Virus record (IMG/VR): IMGVR_UViG_3300023184_009656
Span: 1-60,878 of that record
Reading direction: 5' to 3' (one strand)
Length of the DNA: 60,878 nt
From: a virus
Lineage: Duplodnaviria; Caudoviricetes
Shown here: piece by piece, positions 30,007 through 39,447 of the stretch
Position numbering within the stretch: the first letter of the stretch is position 1
How the letters are laid out: each line of letters starts with the position of its first letter
Notes under the pieces: model-generated
The model's input: the letters and a program-made list of their open reading frames with translations, nothing else
Database searches by the model: none
What the model was told of the DNA's origin: nothing
Translations under genes and position numbers: made by a program

Positions 30007-33000
30007 GTAAATATCTTACAAAAATAACTTCTCCAAGTGGTGGTTATGGTGATTTTTTTGGATCAGGTACAGCAGTAAATGGTGATGGAAATTTATTATA
30101 TGTAAACTCTAATAAAAATACAGGAATTCATGTTTATTGGAAGGATACCATTAATAATACATGGATTCCAAGTCATTATATCGACATGACTGGAAATGGT
30201 TATAAACCAATAAATATAACAGTAAATAATACTGGAAATATATTATATACCTCAAATGAAAAAAAATTCTCAATTTTTACTAGTAGAATAAATGAATTTA
30301 GTGGCGCTGGTGAAAAAGAATCTATAAATACAGAATTAATAAATCAATGCAAAATAAATAATACAAATGGAAATAGAGTAATCACTAGCACAAAAAAGGT
30401 TGGAACAAGTATAATACCAAAAAAAGTTATTCTATATGATTTAGGAACACGTAATAATAAATATGATTACGTGGAAATACGTAATAAAAAAGTTAAAGAA
30501 TTTATTGATCCAACTATGGCAAGTTTAAATTGTTATAAAAAAATCCAAATAGGATTAGACCATGGTATTTTATTAAAAAATAACGGAAGGATAACTGGCT
30601 GGGGATATGATCAAGGTAAAGCTAATGTATTTCCTACGGGATTTACTAATGAGGGCAGTGAAATTTATGTAACGGATATAGCTGCTTTTCCTTTAGGAAA
30701 TCTTGTAATATATAATAGTGGAATATATACTGGATTAATGACAGGTTTTGGAGACGGAGATAATCTTTTAAATAAATATCATAAAAAACATCCTCTTATT
30801 ACAGGTTATACAAAAGTAGCAGCTGGTGATTATAATTTTGTAGCTATAGCTGCTACTGGTACTGTTATTTGGTGGGGAGGAACAGGTATTGGGACCCCAA
30901 GTCGCCCTGCTGTTGTACCAATTCAAAAACCAATATTACCTGTAACTGGAGCAATTGATGTTAGTGCTAGTAATATATATGATAATGGCCAAACTTATGC
31001 TTGGCCAGTTTGTTTAGTTCTTTTGAATAATGGGACTGTTACTGGTTGGGGAGAGAATCAGTATAATCAACTTACTCCTCCTCCACCTCGTCTCAATTTA
31101 CTTACAATGGAGCAACTTAAAATAAAAGCGATTTCTGCTGGAAGATTTCATTCTTTATATTTATATGAAGATAATGTAGTAACTGGAATTGGAATTGATG
31201 ATGAAAATTATGTAAAACAAGAAAATTATAGTTATAATTGGCAAGTATTTAAAAGCACAACTAGAATTAGGGCTGGAGATGGATTTTCTCTAATTGATAA
31301 TAATGAATTTTCTTCTACTTTTGGAGGACTTACTGGTTATGGATATGGTAATGGAGAACAAAGTATTAAAGAGTTCATAGAAAATAGTACTATTAGTTAT
31401 GGATCCCCAGTAGGTGCCGATGGAACCCTTTTACCTGAGTATACATCTCATAGAAACGTAGTAGATTATGATGTATATGGAGATTATTTTTCGGATCAAT
31501 TATATTGGGCAGCTGCAATCTTAGAAAATGGAAAAATAAATGCTTGGGGTTTTAATACGGATGCTAAATATTTAGACAATGATTTAGTTTTGAAAGAAGA
31601 GTTATTAAATATTCCATCTTCAATACAAAATTGTACTGGTTCTGGTAATATAAATTCTAAATTTGGAGATTCTATAGCAATAAATTCTGGAGATTTAATT
31701 TTCATTGCTGATTCTAGCTATAACAATACTGGCGTTATATACGTATATTCTGAAAAATTAAATTGGGAAAAAACTGGTACGATTACTGGTAGTAAAAATC
31801 AAGCTAATCAATCTTTTGGTTACAGTTTTAATATAACAGATGATGGAAATACTGTTGTCGTGGGTTGCCCAGATACATTCAATAAATCTGGATCTTTTTA
31901 TGTTTTTGAAAAACAAGGAAATTCTTGGCAAGAAAAATTTAATGTTACTGGATTTAGTGGGCGACATTATTCGGGTTTGGGTGATAGAATTGCTATTAAT
32001 AATTCAAAAAATTTAATTTTAGTTTCATCTTTAAGTGGATCTGGATCAATACATTTATATACTGGAAATATTCAAGGTTGGAGTGGTATAAGTATGGTCA
32101 CTAATCCATCAAACCCAAATTCAGGATCATGGAACTTGAATGCTTTTGATCAATGGACAGTGAGTAAAAATTTTAATACTTTAATTATACCAGATCCATA
32201 TTTTAATTCAAGTCCATTAACATCATCAACTGGCTGGGGCCAGATTGCAAAACTTAGCGCAACTGATGGCGTAGTGATGGATAATTTTGGAAATAGCGTA
32301 TGTTTTAATAGTTTAGGAAATGTTGCTATTATTGGCGCAGAGCAAGCGAATATAAATGAAAAAATCGATGCGGGTGCTGCTTATATATTCACTGGAAGTG
32401 GAACTAACTGGGTTCAAACTGCAAAGCTCACAGGAAATAGTGTTATTGGTAGCGGTAATTTTGGAAATAGTGTAGCTCTTAATAGTTTAGGAAATATTGC
32501 AATAATAGGACAAAAAAATTGTACGGGAAATTTTATAGGAGGTGAAATAAATTATGCCCCAACCATTGGAGCTGCTTATATATTCACTGGAAGCGGAAGT
32601 AATTGGGTTCAAACAGCAAAGATTACTGGAAAAAATATTGTTGATAGCGGTCTTTTTGGATACAGTGTAGCTCTTAATAGTTTAGGAAATATTGCATTAA
32701 TAGGAGCGCCTTATAGAGATATAAACGAAAAAACTACTGCTGGAGAAGCTTATATTTTTACTGGAAGCGGAAGTAATTGGTTTCAAACTGCCTCGATTAC
32801 TGGTAATGATATAAATATTAATGATCGCTTTGGACATACCGTAGCTCTTAATGCCTCTGGAAATGTAGCTATCATAGGATCATATGGTGTAGATATCAAT
32901 GGAATAAGTAACGTTGGAGCAGCTTATATTTTTACTGGAAGTGGAACTAACTGGGTTCAGACTGCTAAGATTACTGGTAGCGAATCAACAACTAATGGTT

Positions 33001-33992
33001 ATTTTTCATCTAGCTTAGATCTTAATGATTCTGGAAATGTAGCTATAGTAGGAGCAGATGGTTTAGAAATAAATGGAATAAGTAACGTTGGAGCAGCTTA
33101 TATTTTTACTGGAAGTGGAACTAACTGGGTTCAGACTGCTAAGATTACTGGAACAAATGGACTTAATAGTATTTTCGGAGCTAGCGTAGCTCTTAATGGC
33201 TCTGGAAATGTAGCTATAGTAGGAGCAGATGGTGAAAACGTCGCCTACATCTTTACTGGTAATCAAAATAGAAATAATTGGGGTAAAGTAACAACAATTA
33301 CTAGCAATGATTTATTGCGTAGTGATTCTTTTGGTAGTCCAATATCTATTAATCGTTTAGGAGATATTGCAATTGTAGGAGTAATGAATGATGAAGATAA
33401 TTTACTTGGTTCTCTTAACGACTTAGGCGCAGCTTATATTTTTAATCCTAATGTAGTTACTTCTACATCTATTGAAAGTAGTGGTATTCTTTATGTTGTT
33501 GAAGGCGACTATTTTGGCGATTATCTTCCTCTCCCTTCTAGTAGCTCCAGTAGTTCATCTAGCAGTTCTTCGTCTAGCAGTTCTTCGTCTAGCAGTTCTT
33601 CGTCTAGCAGTTCTTCGTCTAGCAGTTCTTCGTCTAGCAGTTCTTCATCCATTAACCCTAACTATGAAAATTGTAAAAATTGTTGTGGAGTAACTCCTTC
33701 TTTAAATATTACTAATTTAAGACAAAATAATTTAAATAAATTTAACGCAACTTTATCTATAGGAATAGAAAACAAAAATTGCTCTGATATAGTAGATTCT
33801 TACAAAGTTTATTGTAATAATAATATAATTTATGAGAATCTATATTCAATGACTGGATCTGGTTCTTATAGTAAAGTATTAACTGTTTTTAATATATCTC
33901 CTATTAATAATTGGGCAGATTTAAAATTAAAAGTAAATAATATATCAAATATATATGAAATTAAAACTGGATTTTATGCTTTTAATTATTAA
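30003..33992 (+). CDS. Large adhesin-like virion protein: divergent propeller, RCC1-like repeats, FG-GAP propeller, 38-Ser linker, small Cys-containing C-domain
   Basis: ATG 30003 overlaps the upstream TGA; LLKNNGRITGWG/AISAGRFHSL RCC1-type repeats ~30520-31640; FG-GAP repeats ~32230-33445. Confidence 0.8.
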   Translation: MSKYLTKITSPSGGYGDFFGSGTAVNGDGNLLYVNSNKNTGIHVYWKDTINNTWIPSHYIDMTGNGYKPINITVNNTGNILYTSNEKKFSIFTSRINEFSGAGEKESINTELINQCKINNTNGNRVITSTKKVGTSIIPKKVILYDLGTRNNKYDYVEIRNKKVKEFIDPTMASLNCYKKIQIGLDHGILLKNNGRITGWGYDQGKANVFPTGFTNEGSEIYVTDIAAFPLGNLVIYNSGIYTGLMTGFGDGDNLLNKYHKKHPLITGYTKVAAGDYNFVAIAATGTVIWWGGTGIGTPSRPAVVPIQKPILPVTGAIDVSASNIYDNGQTYAWPVCLVLLNNGTVTGWGENQYNQLTPPPPRLNLLTMEQLKIKAISAGRFHSLYLYEDNVVTGIGIDDENYVKQENYSYNWQVFKSTTRIRAGDGFSLIDNNEFSSTFGGLTGYGYGNGEQSIKEFIENSTISYGSPVGADGTLLPEYTSHRNVVDYDVYGDYFSDQLYWAAAILENGKINAWGFNTDAKYLDNDLVLKEELLNIPSSIQNCTGSGNINSKFGDSIAINSGDLIFIADSSYNNTGVIYVYSEKLNWEKTGTITGSKNQANQSFGYSFNITDDGNTVVVGCPDTFNKSGSFYVFEKQGNSWQEKFNVTGFSGRHYSGLGDRIAINNSKNLILVSSLSGSGSIHLYTGNIQGWSGISMVTNPSNPNSGSWNLNAFDQWTVSKNFNTLIIPDPYFNSSPLTSSTGWGQIAKLSATDGVVMDNFGNSVCFNSLGNVAIIGAEQANINEKIDAGAAYIFTGSGTNWVQTAKLTGNSVIGSGNFGNSVALNSLGNIAIIGQKNCTGNFIGGEINYAPTIGAAYIFTGSGSNWVQTAKITGKNIVDSGLFGYSVALNSLGNIALIGAPYRDINEKTTAGEAYIFTGSGSNWFQTASITGNDININDRFGHTVALNASGNVAIIGSYGVDINGISNVGAAYIFTGSGTNWVQTAKITGSESTTNGYFSSSLDLNDSGNVAIVGADGLEINGISNVGAAYIFTGSGTNWVQTAKITGTNGLNSIFGASVALNGSGNVAIVGADGENVAYIFTGNQNRNNWGKVTTITSNDLLRSDSFGSPISINRLGDIAIVGVMNDEDNLLGSLNDLGAAYIFNPNVVTSTSIESSGILYVVEGDYFGDYLPLPSSSSSSSSSSSSSSSSSSSSSSSSSSSSSSSSSSSSSSINPNYENCKNCCGVTPSLNITNLRQNNLNKFNATLSIGIENKNCSDIVDSYKVYCNNNIIYENLYSMTGSGSYSKVLTVFNISPINNWADLKLKVNNISNIYEIKTGFYAFNY
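32898..33151 (+). repeat. Identical 80-nt direct repeat in adjacent FG-GAP blades
   Basis: 32898-32977 equals 33072-33151 (AATGGAATAAGTAACGTTGG...GATTACTGG). Confidence 0.9.
33537..33650 (+). repeat. Poly-serine tract (38 Ser) built from a 15-nt tandem repeat
   Basis: (TCTAGCAGTTCTTCG) x5 plus one copy ending TCA at 33558-33647. Confidence 0.95.
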
Positions 33993-34000
33993 AAATAAAA

Positions 34001-34029
34001 TAGATATATTATAATATATCATATATAAT
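34001..34029 (+). promoter_or_regulatory. sigma70-type promoter TAGATA-N17-TATAAT overlapping a perfect 18-bp palindrome
   Basis: -10 at 34024-34029, 5 nt before ATG 34035; GATATATTATAATATATC at 34003-34020. Confidence 0.5.
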
Positions 34030-34034
34030 TAAAT

Positions 34035-34451
34035 ATGGAAACAAAAATATCCGAAAATATAGCTATAGTTGTTTTGCATTTGATAAAAGATGATATTATC
34101 TTTTTAAAAGAATTTAAGAAATTTGTTCCAGTTCTTGAAAAAGAAATCCAAGATTTTTCTGAAGGTCGAGATCAAGCAAAAGACCAAATTTTGTCATATA
34201 TAAAAATTAATGAACAAGCAACGGTAAATTTTGTCGAATATTTTTTAAAAAATAACCCTCAAGTTCAAATTAATATTGACGAAATAATACAAAAATATCA
34301 AACAAAAGACCTAAGAGGGAAGGTATTTAAAATATCTAAGACTCCAGAAGCATTTGAAAATTTTTACATGTACATTAGATCAAATAATTCCAGCTTTAGA
34401 CAATTCTCTGTTACTTCAGAAGAAGACTCTTGGGTTATATTTTTCCTCTAA
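34035..34451 (+). CDS. Hypothetical, probably non-structural, protein
   Basis: 138 aa, charged cytoplasmic-type composition unlike its neighbours. Confidence 0.6.
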   Translation: METKISENIAIVVLHLIKDDIIFLKEFKKFVPVLEKEIQDFSEGRDQAKDQILSYIKINEQATVNFVEYFLKNNPQVQINIDEIIQKYQTKDLRGKVFKISKTPEAFENFYMYIRSNNSSFRQFSVTSEEDSWVIFFL

Positions 34452-34465
34452 GCTACTCATATTCT

Positions 34466-34515
34466 AGTGTAAATTACTTAGGAATCTGCAAAGATTCCAC
34501 CCTAAAGGATAAAGG
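34466..34515 (+). promoter_or_regulatory. Late promoter AGTGTAA, GNRA hairpin and AGG-N4-AGG RBS
   Basis: AGTGTAA 34466-34472; GGAATCT-GCAA-AGATTCC 34481-34498; AGGATAAAGG 34506-34515. Confidence 0.65.
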
Positions 34516-34521
34516 TAAAAT

Positions 34522-35742
34522 ATGAGGAACGATTATTTTGAATTTAATGATATATCTGGTCATGGATTGCCGTCTTTTATAACTGGCTTGAATTATGTAT
34601 TACCAACTGGGATTAATGATAAAATTTTTATTGATTTAAATATTATTATAACTGGATATTACAAAACTCAAGACTCTACTAGAAATCCAATAATTTTGAA
34701 TGTTTCAAATTTACCAAATAATATTTTTTTTAATACAGGAACTAAATACTTACAAGGTTATTTACAAGATGAAGGAATTTATAACATAAAGACTCATATA
34801 TTAGAATCTGGAATTGCTCATGAAAAAACTTTAAGATTAACTTGTTATAATCCAAACAATAAATACATATATAAAGTTAATTATCCTATTAATATTGGAT
34901 TTATCAAATATAACCCTTTAGAAAGATTAGGAATATCTACATTATCTGATGGAGATGCTAGAAGATATTTTAATCGTACTAATATATCTAATACTTCAAT
35001 TCAAAATAAAATAAGTAATTTTGTAAGTGGATTAAAAAATCTAAATGTTTGGAACAAGTTTCAAAACATTTGGATATTAAAAAGTGGTTATAATTCTAAT
35101 GATAGTAGTTTTTATGATTTAAAAAATATAAATTTTAGTGGTTCTATAATAGGCGGAATGACAAAAAGCATAAGTGGATATAAAATTACAACAAATGGAA
35201 TTGGAACTCCACCTAGTCGTTTGTCTTTTTTAAATTATCCTATAAAATTTACTGGCAATTGGACAACTATGTTTTTATTGGAAAATTATACTGGATCATT
35301 ACCTACTACTTCTCAAGCTTTTTTAAGTAACGACAGTTATCAAGCAAGTGGATTTAGAATGGGATATCCAGCGAATAAGGAATTTAATTTTTGGAATACT
35401 GAAAGTCTTCCTCCTGGTAGCGGAGGTTTTGGAATAGCTGAAACTAATTCTCATTTAACCAAATATTCATTTATCACAGCTAGTCTTTCGACTGGAACTC
35501 TAGGATATGTATATTCTGGAACAGCTAAACTTTTAGTTGATAATAAAAATAAAATTCAATCTAGTGCACCTTATAAAATATCTAACAGAGCCATCCAAGA
35601 TTTATCTTCTCCTGCTGGTGGAAATTATGGATTTGAAAATAATATAGCATTTTTTGGATTATCAAATCAAGATTTATCTGATTATCATTCTGGAATAAGA
35701 GATCTAGCAAGAAATACTATATATGATAATTTAAACTTTTAA
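34522..35742 (+). CDS. Virion protein with putative Ig (He_PIG-like) domain and LamG-like domain
   Basis: NLPNNIFFNTGTKYLQG...EGIYNI (putative Ig); DGDARRYF...ISNFVSGLKNLNVWNK helical motif; LamG-like C-terminus. Confidence 0.5.
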   Translation: MRNDYFEFNDISGHGLPSFITGLNYVLPTGINDKIFIDLNIIITGYYKTQDSTRNPIILNVSNLPNNIFFNTGTKYLQGYLQDEGIYNIKTHILESGIAHEKTLRLTCYNPNNKYIYKVNYPINIGFIKYNPLERLGISTLSDGDARRYFNRTNISNTSIQNKISNFVSGLKNLNVWNKFQNIWILKSGYNSNDSSFYDLKNINFSGSIIGGMTKSISGYKITTNGIGTPPSRLSFLNYPIKFTGNWTTMFLLENYTGSLPTTSQAFLSNDSYQASGFRMGYPANKEFNFWNTESLPPGSGGFGIAETNSHLTKYSFITASLSTGTLGYVYSGTAKLLVDNKNKIQSSAPYKISNRAIQDLSSPAGGNYGFENNIAFFGLSNQDLSDYHSGIRDLARNTIYDNLNF

Positions 35743-35753
35743 ATTAATGATAT

Positions 35754-35779
35754 AGTGTAATTTATTTATAGGAACAAGG
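35754..35779 (+). promoter_or_regulatory. Late promoter AGTGTAA (35754-35760) plus AGG-N4-AGG RBS (35770-35779)
   Basis: Intergenic, upstream of ATG 35783. Confidence 0.65.
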
Positions 35780-35782
35780 AAA

Positions 35783-36826
35783 ATGGTAGATAAAAGCTAT
35801 AATGTAAGTATTGGACCAAAAACTATATATAATATATATAGTGATTTTGGTCAATTTGAATGTTATTATATTAATGGTATAGAAGCTTCTGGTCTTTATT
35901 TTGAAAAAGGAAAAGACTATCAATTTATTCAAACTGACATTTCAAATATCGGAAATCCTTTAAATATTTATCTTGATGAATATGGCAATAAGAAATTAGA
36001 AAAATATATAACAATAAGTGGTTCCGCTGGTCTTAATAGATACCTTACAGTTTCTATACCAAAAACTTTCAAACAAACAAATACTCTTTATTATGGAAAT
36101 GAAAGTGGACAATTTTTTGGTGCGCCCATTAAATTAACTTCAACAGAATATTATTTAAAACATAATATCCAATTATATTGTTTTAATGCATATCATGATA
36201 ATACTAAATACATTATACCCGATAATATCTTAACTCAAAATGCAAAATTTTATAATGAATTTACTTTAATTTCTGGTATTTTACCTTTTATAAATAAAAA
36301 TAATTATCTTTTTAAATCAAATTATCTTTCTAATATTCGAACAGATGTTATAAAAATTAATGCTTATATACCTAATAAAGGAATAATGCCAGATGATTCT
36401 TTAAATTTGAATTTTTTTGGGAATAATTTATATTATAAAAACATTAAAACTGATGCAACTAACCAATGGTCTAATTTGTATGATTTATATAATTTAATAA
36501 TAGATTTATCTTTTGCGGATTCTGGTTCATTAGAATCTGGGACTCAATCTAGTGCAAAGTATTATCAATATGGTTATCGACTATCTGGTTGCGAAGGATG
36601 TATTGATAAAATTACTCTAACTACTGGATTTAATAATTTTTATTCTGGACAAATAACTCTTTTTTATAATCCTAGAAAAATTTATGAAAATTATAGAAGC
36701 TATCCATTGATGAATGTAAACGGAGAAAGTATTAATAATACAAATTTCGTTAGTCCAAATACAATTATTGCTGAAGAAAATTTTAAATATACTAAATATA
36801 CTGGAGCCGAAGCATATTATGCCTAA
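35783..36826 (+). CDS. Virion structural protein with degenerate cupredoxin-like N-domain
   Basis: YYINGIEASGLYFEKGKDYQFIQTDISNIGNPL...TLYYG resembles the cupredoxin-like domain of phage virion structural proteins. Confidence 0.45.
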   Translation: MVDKSYNVSIGPKTIYNIYSDFGQFECYYINGIEASGLYFEKGKDYQFIQTDISNIGNPLNIYLDEYGNKKLEKYITISGSAGLNRYLTVSIPKTFKQTNTLYYGNESGQFFGAPIKLTSTEYYLKHNIQLYCFNAYHDNTKYIIPDNILTQNAKFYNEFTLISGILPFINKNNYLFKSNYLSNIRTDVIKINAYIPNKGIMPDDSLNLNFFGNNLYYKNIKTDATNQWSNLYDLYNLIIDLSFADSGSLESGTQSSAKYYQYGYRLSGCEGCIDKITLTTGFNNFYSGQITLFYNPRKIYENYRSYPLMNVNGESINNTNFVSPNTIIAEENFKYTKYTGAEAYYA

Positions 36827-39416
36827 TTATTATATAGGATATAGAAATTTTTTAAATTTGCTTAATAAGAAGCTTTCTTCAAAAACATCTTATGGTATAC
36901 AGAAATTTAATTCAAGTGGAAAATACATCAATCAATTTGTTGATCAATACAGAACTCAAGATTATAAAACATATAATGAAACATTAAATCCAATAATTTT
37001 AGAAGATATATCTTTTATACCTTTGCAAAATTATGTTAAACATATTTATACAGGTTTATATTATAGAAAAGAACCATATGAATATGAAACTGGGAGTTAT
37101 AATTTACCAAAAATTACTGGCAATTTAATTACGGGTGATATAAATTATATAGACTATCAAGCTGCGAGTTATATAAAAAATTCAAATGATCCATATTATG
37201 ACTCTCAAATGCCAAAATCTGGAGAAAAGCATATATTACATTTAAATCTCAATTTATATGGATTTGAAGAAGATGCTATTGAAGATTGCGATATAGAATT
37301 GAATGCAATGGTTTTAAAAACTGGATTTTTCCAGCAAATACCTAAAGATCCAACTATATTAAATTTAAAAATTAATGATATTAATCCTACATATTCTATT
37401 ACAGATTCTGTAAATGATTATATTCAACAAAAAAGAATTTTAAAGTCTTCAGAAGCTAATAATTTTATAAGTTATAATCCAAGTTTCAATCGTTTCAATT
37501 CAGATACTTTTTCTAATAATACAACTGTAATTGAAAAATATAAATATATAAAAAATACAATTACAATATCAAATCCATTTTTTAGTAATAATAAAAATAT
37601 TGCTCTACCATGTTTATTTCAATATAAATCTACAAACAGTAATCTAACATACAATCTTGGAGAATATAAATTTTTAATTTTTGATAGTTCAAATAACTAT
37701 TTACAAAGTGGAAATTATATAACTGGAACTCAAACTGGTTTCCTATACTTCTTAGCTCCAGGGACTTATACAACAATAATATCTGGTAATGAAAATGATT
37801 TCTTATATACAGAAAATAGTTTAAGTGGTAAAAATCAAAATATTCATTTACTTTCTATGAGTGTTGATTTTGTGACAGGAGAAAAATTACAAGAAATTTA
37901 TATTGAAAATCAAGATAAAATCTGGGCTACTTACGCACTAGGTCCAAGAGAATTAGTCTTTGGATCTGGATATAATAGTTTAAATTATCAAAATCCAGTA
38001 GCATTTGCAATTGATTTTGAAAGAAATTTAAGTGGGCAAGTAGATAGCCCATTTTTATTTTATAGGGAAATGGCTGGATCTTATAAAGATTTATGCACGC
38101 CAACAATAGTTCAAATTGGAATTGGAGAAGGGTGTACTACGGCATTTTGCTTAATTTGCGATCAAGCAGGTAAATTATTTAAGCAAGGACAAAGTTATAT
38201 TGATGTGCCAAAAGAATATCTTCCTCTCGAAAAATATGCTGCAATATTTAAATATTATGAAGATCCAAATTCAAATACATACAGAGTAGCAATAGATGAA
38301 TCTTTTATCGCTCAATGTTGTAGTTGCAAAGAGCAAGGTTGTACTAATCTTGCGGCAACAGTACAAACTCAAATAAATAATCCAACATTAAATCAAAGTG
38401 GTGATGCAATTTATTCTGGAGTATTTTTCTTAGATAATTTAAATCCAGCTACAGTAAATATAAAATATAATATAAACTATTACTCAGGACAAATAGCTTT
38501 TAATAGTTTTTATGAAGGAGACAAGATCACATTTAAGCAATATCCATTTGATTTTGAAAAAGTATATCAAAGATTGTATGGATCGGCTCCTGCAATTAAA
38601 GAGTATATAACAGAATTTATATTCTCAAAATCTTTAGTTGGAAATAATTACTTTAATAATAAACAAGATTTAATAAATAAAATAAATATTAAATTAGCTT
38701 CTTCTGGCTTATATAGTTGGAAACCTTTAAAATATAAAAATATACCAGAATTTGAATACGGTCCATTATTAACTGGAATTGATATAGGAATTGATGCGTC
38801 AGGAAATGATTTAATTGATATAATTTCTTTAAGGAGCGGAAAATTTGGAAGTCATGATATTAAATTAGTATTACAACCTAGACTTCAAATATATAATTAT
38901 CTTGTACCTAATATTATAAGATTGGAAATTTCTGATGACTTTATTAATTGGACTGGAGTTGTGTCTTCTCAAAATAGACAACCAATTAATACTTATATTA
39001 AATCACCAAATAATACAGTTGGCAATATTCGATATGACGAAATAGAAAATACAAAATACACAATAACTAAAATTATTCCAACTTCTTCAGAAACAGAAAG
39101 CATTGATGAAGAAGAACTTGATTTAGAAAAATTAGCAAGTAGTTTTGCTTCTGGAAATTTGGTTTCAGGAGATTATATTTGTATATTAGATGCTAATAGT
39201 AGTGGAATAAATTGTGGAACTGGTTATAAAGATTATTTCGTTGGAACTAAATTAGATTTTACTTGTAAAGAAAAATTACCAAGTGAACTACCAGATACAG
39301 GTTCAAGTGGACAATCTCCTCAACAACAAGAAAAAACTCAAAAAGCAGAAGATTCTCAAGCATTAACCCAAGATATTGATAGATTTAGAATAGGATTCTA
39401 TGACTATTTATCTTAA
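36819..39416 (+). CDS. Large virion structural protein (hypothetical)
   Basis: ATG 36819 overlapping the upstream gene end is preferred over TTG 36768; S/T-G rich, Cys cluster, PNIIRLEISDDFINWTGV motif. Confidence 0.55.
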   Translation: MPNYYIGYRNFLNLLNKKLSSKTSYGIQKFNSSGKYINQFVDQYRTQDYKTYNETLNPIILEDISFIPLQNYVKHIYTGLYYRKEPYEYETGSYNLPKITGNLITGDINYIDYQAASYIKNSNDPYYDSQMPKSGEKHILHLNLNLYGFEEDAIEDCDIELNAMVLKTGFFQQIPKDPTILNLKINDINPTYSITDSVNDYIQQKRILKSSEANNFISYNPSFNRFNSDTFSNNTTVIEKYKYIKNTITISNPFFSNNKNIALPCLFQYKSTNSNLTYNLGEYKFLIFDSSNNYLQSGNYITGTQTGFLYFLAPGTYTTIISGNENDFLYTENSLSGKNQNIHLLSMSVDFVTGEKLQEIYIENQDKIWATYALGPRELVFGSGYNSLNYQNPVAFAIDFERNLSGQVDSPFLFYREMAGSYKDLCTPTIVQIGIGEGCTTAFCLICDQAGKLFKQGQSYIDVPKEYLPLEKYAAIFKYYEDPNSNTYRVAIDESFIAQCCSCKEQGCTNLAATVQTQINNPTLNQSGDAIYSGVFFLDNLNPATVNIKYNINYYSGQIAFNSFYEGDKITFKQYPFDFEKVYQRLYGSAPAIKEYITEFIFSKSLVGNNYFNNKQDLINKINIKLASSGLYSWKPLKYKNIPEFEYGPLLTGIDIGIDASGNDLIDIISLRSGKFGSHDIKLVLQPRLQIYNYLVPNIIRLEISDDFINWTGVVSSQNRQPINTYIKSPNNTVGNIRYDEIENTKYTITKIIPTSSETESIDEEELDLEKLASSFASGNLVSGDYICILDANSSGINCGTGYKDYFVGTKLDFTCKEKLPSELPDTGSSGQSPQQQEKTQKAEDSQALTQDIDRFRIGFYDYLS

Positions 39417-39423
39417 ACATAAG

Positions 39424-39430
39424 TGTGTAA
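39424..39430 (+). promoter_or_regulatory. Late promoter variant (AAGTGTGTAA)
   Basis: Intergenic GTGTAA core upstream of ATG 39448. Confidence 0.5.
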
Positions 39431-39447
39431 TAAATATATAATATAAT

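Noticed and set aside
27823-33445. Diversity-generating retroelement TR/VR pair among the repeats
   Set aside because: Repeats are in-frame propeller blades, differences are not visibly adenine-specific, and no reverse transcriptase is in the window.
33558-33647. CRISPR-like array
   Set aside because: 15-nt head-to-tail repeats without spacers, encoding poly-Ser in frame.
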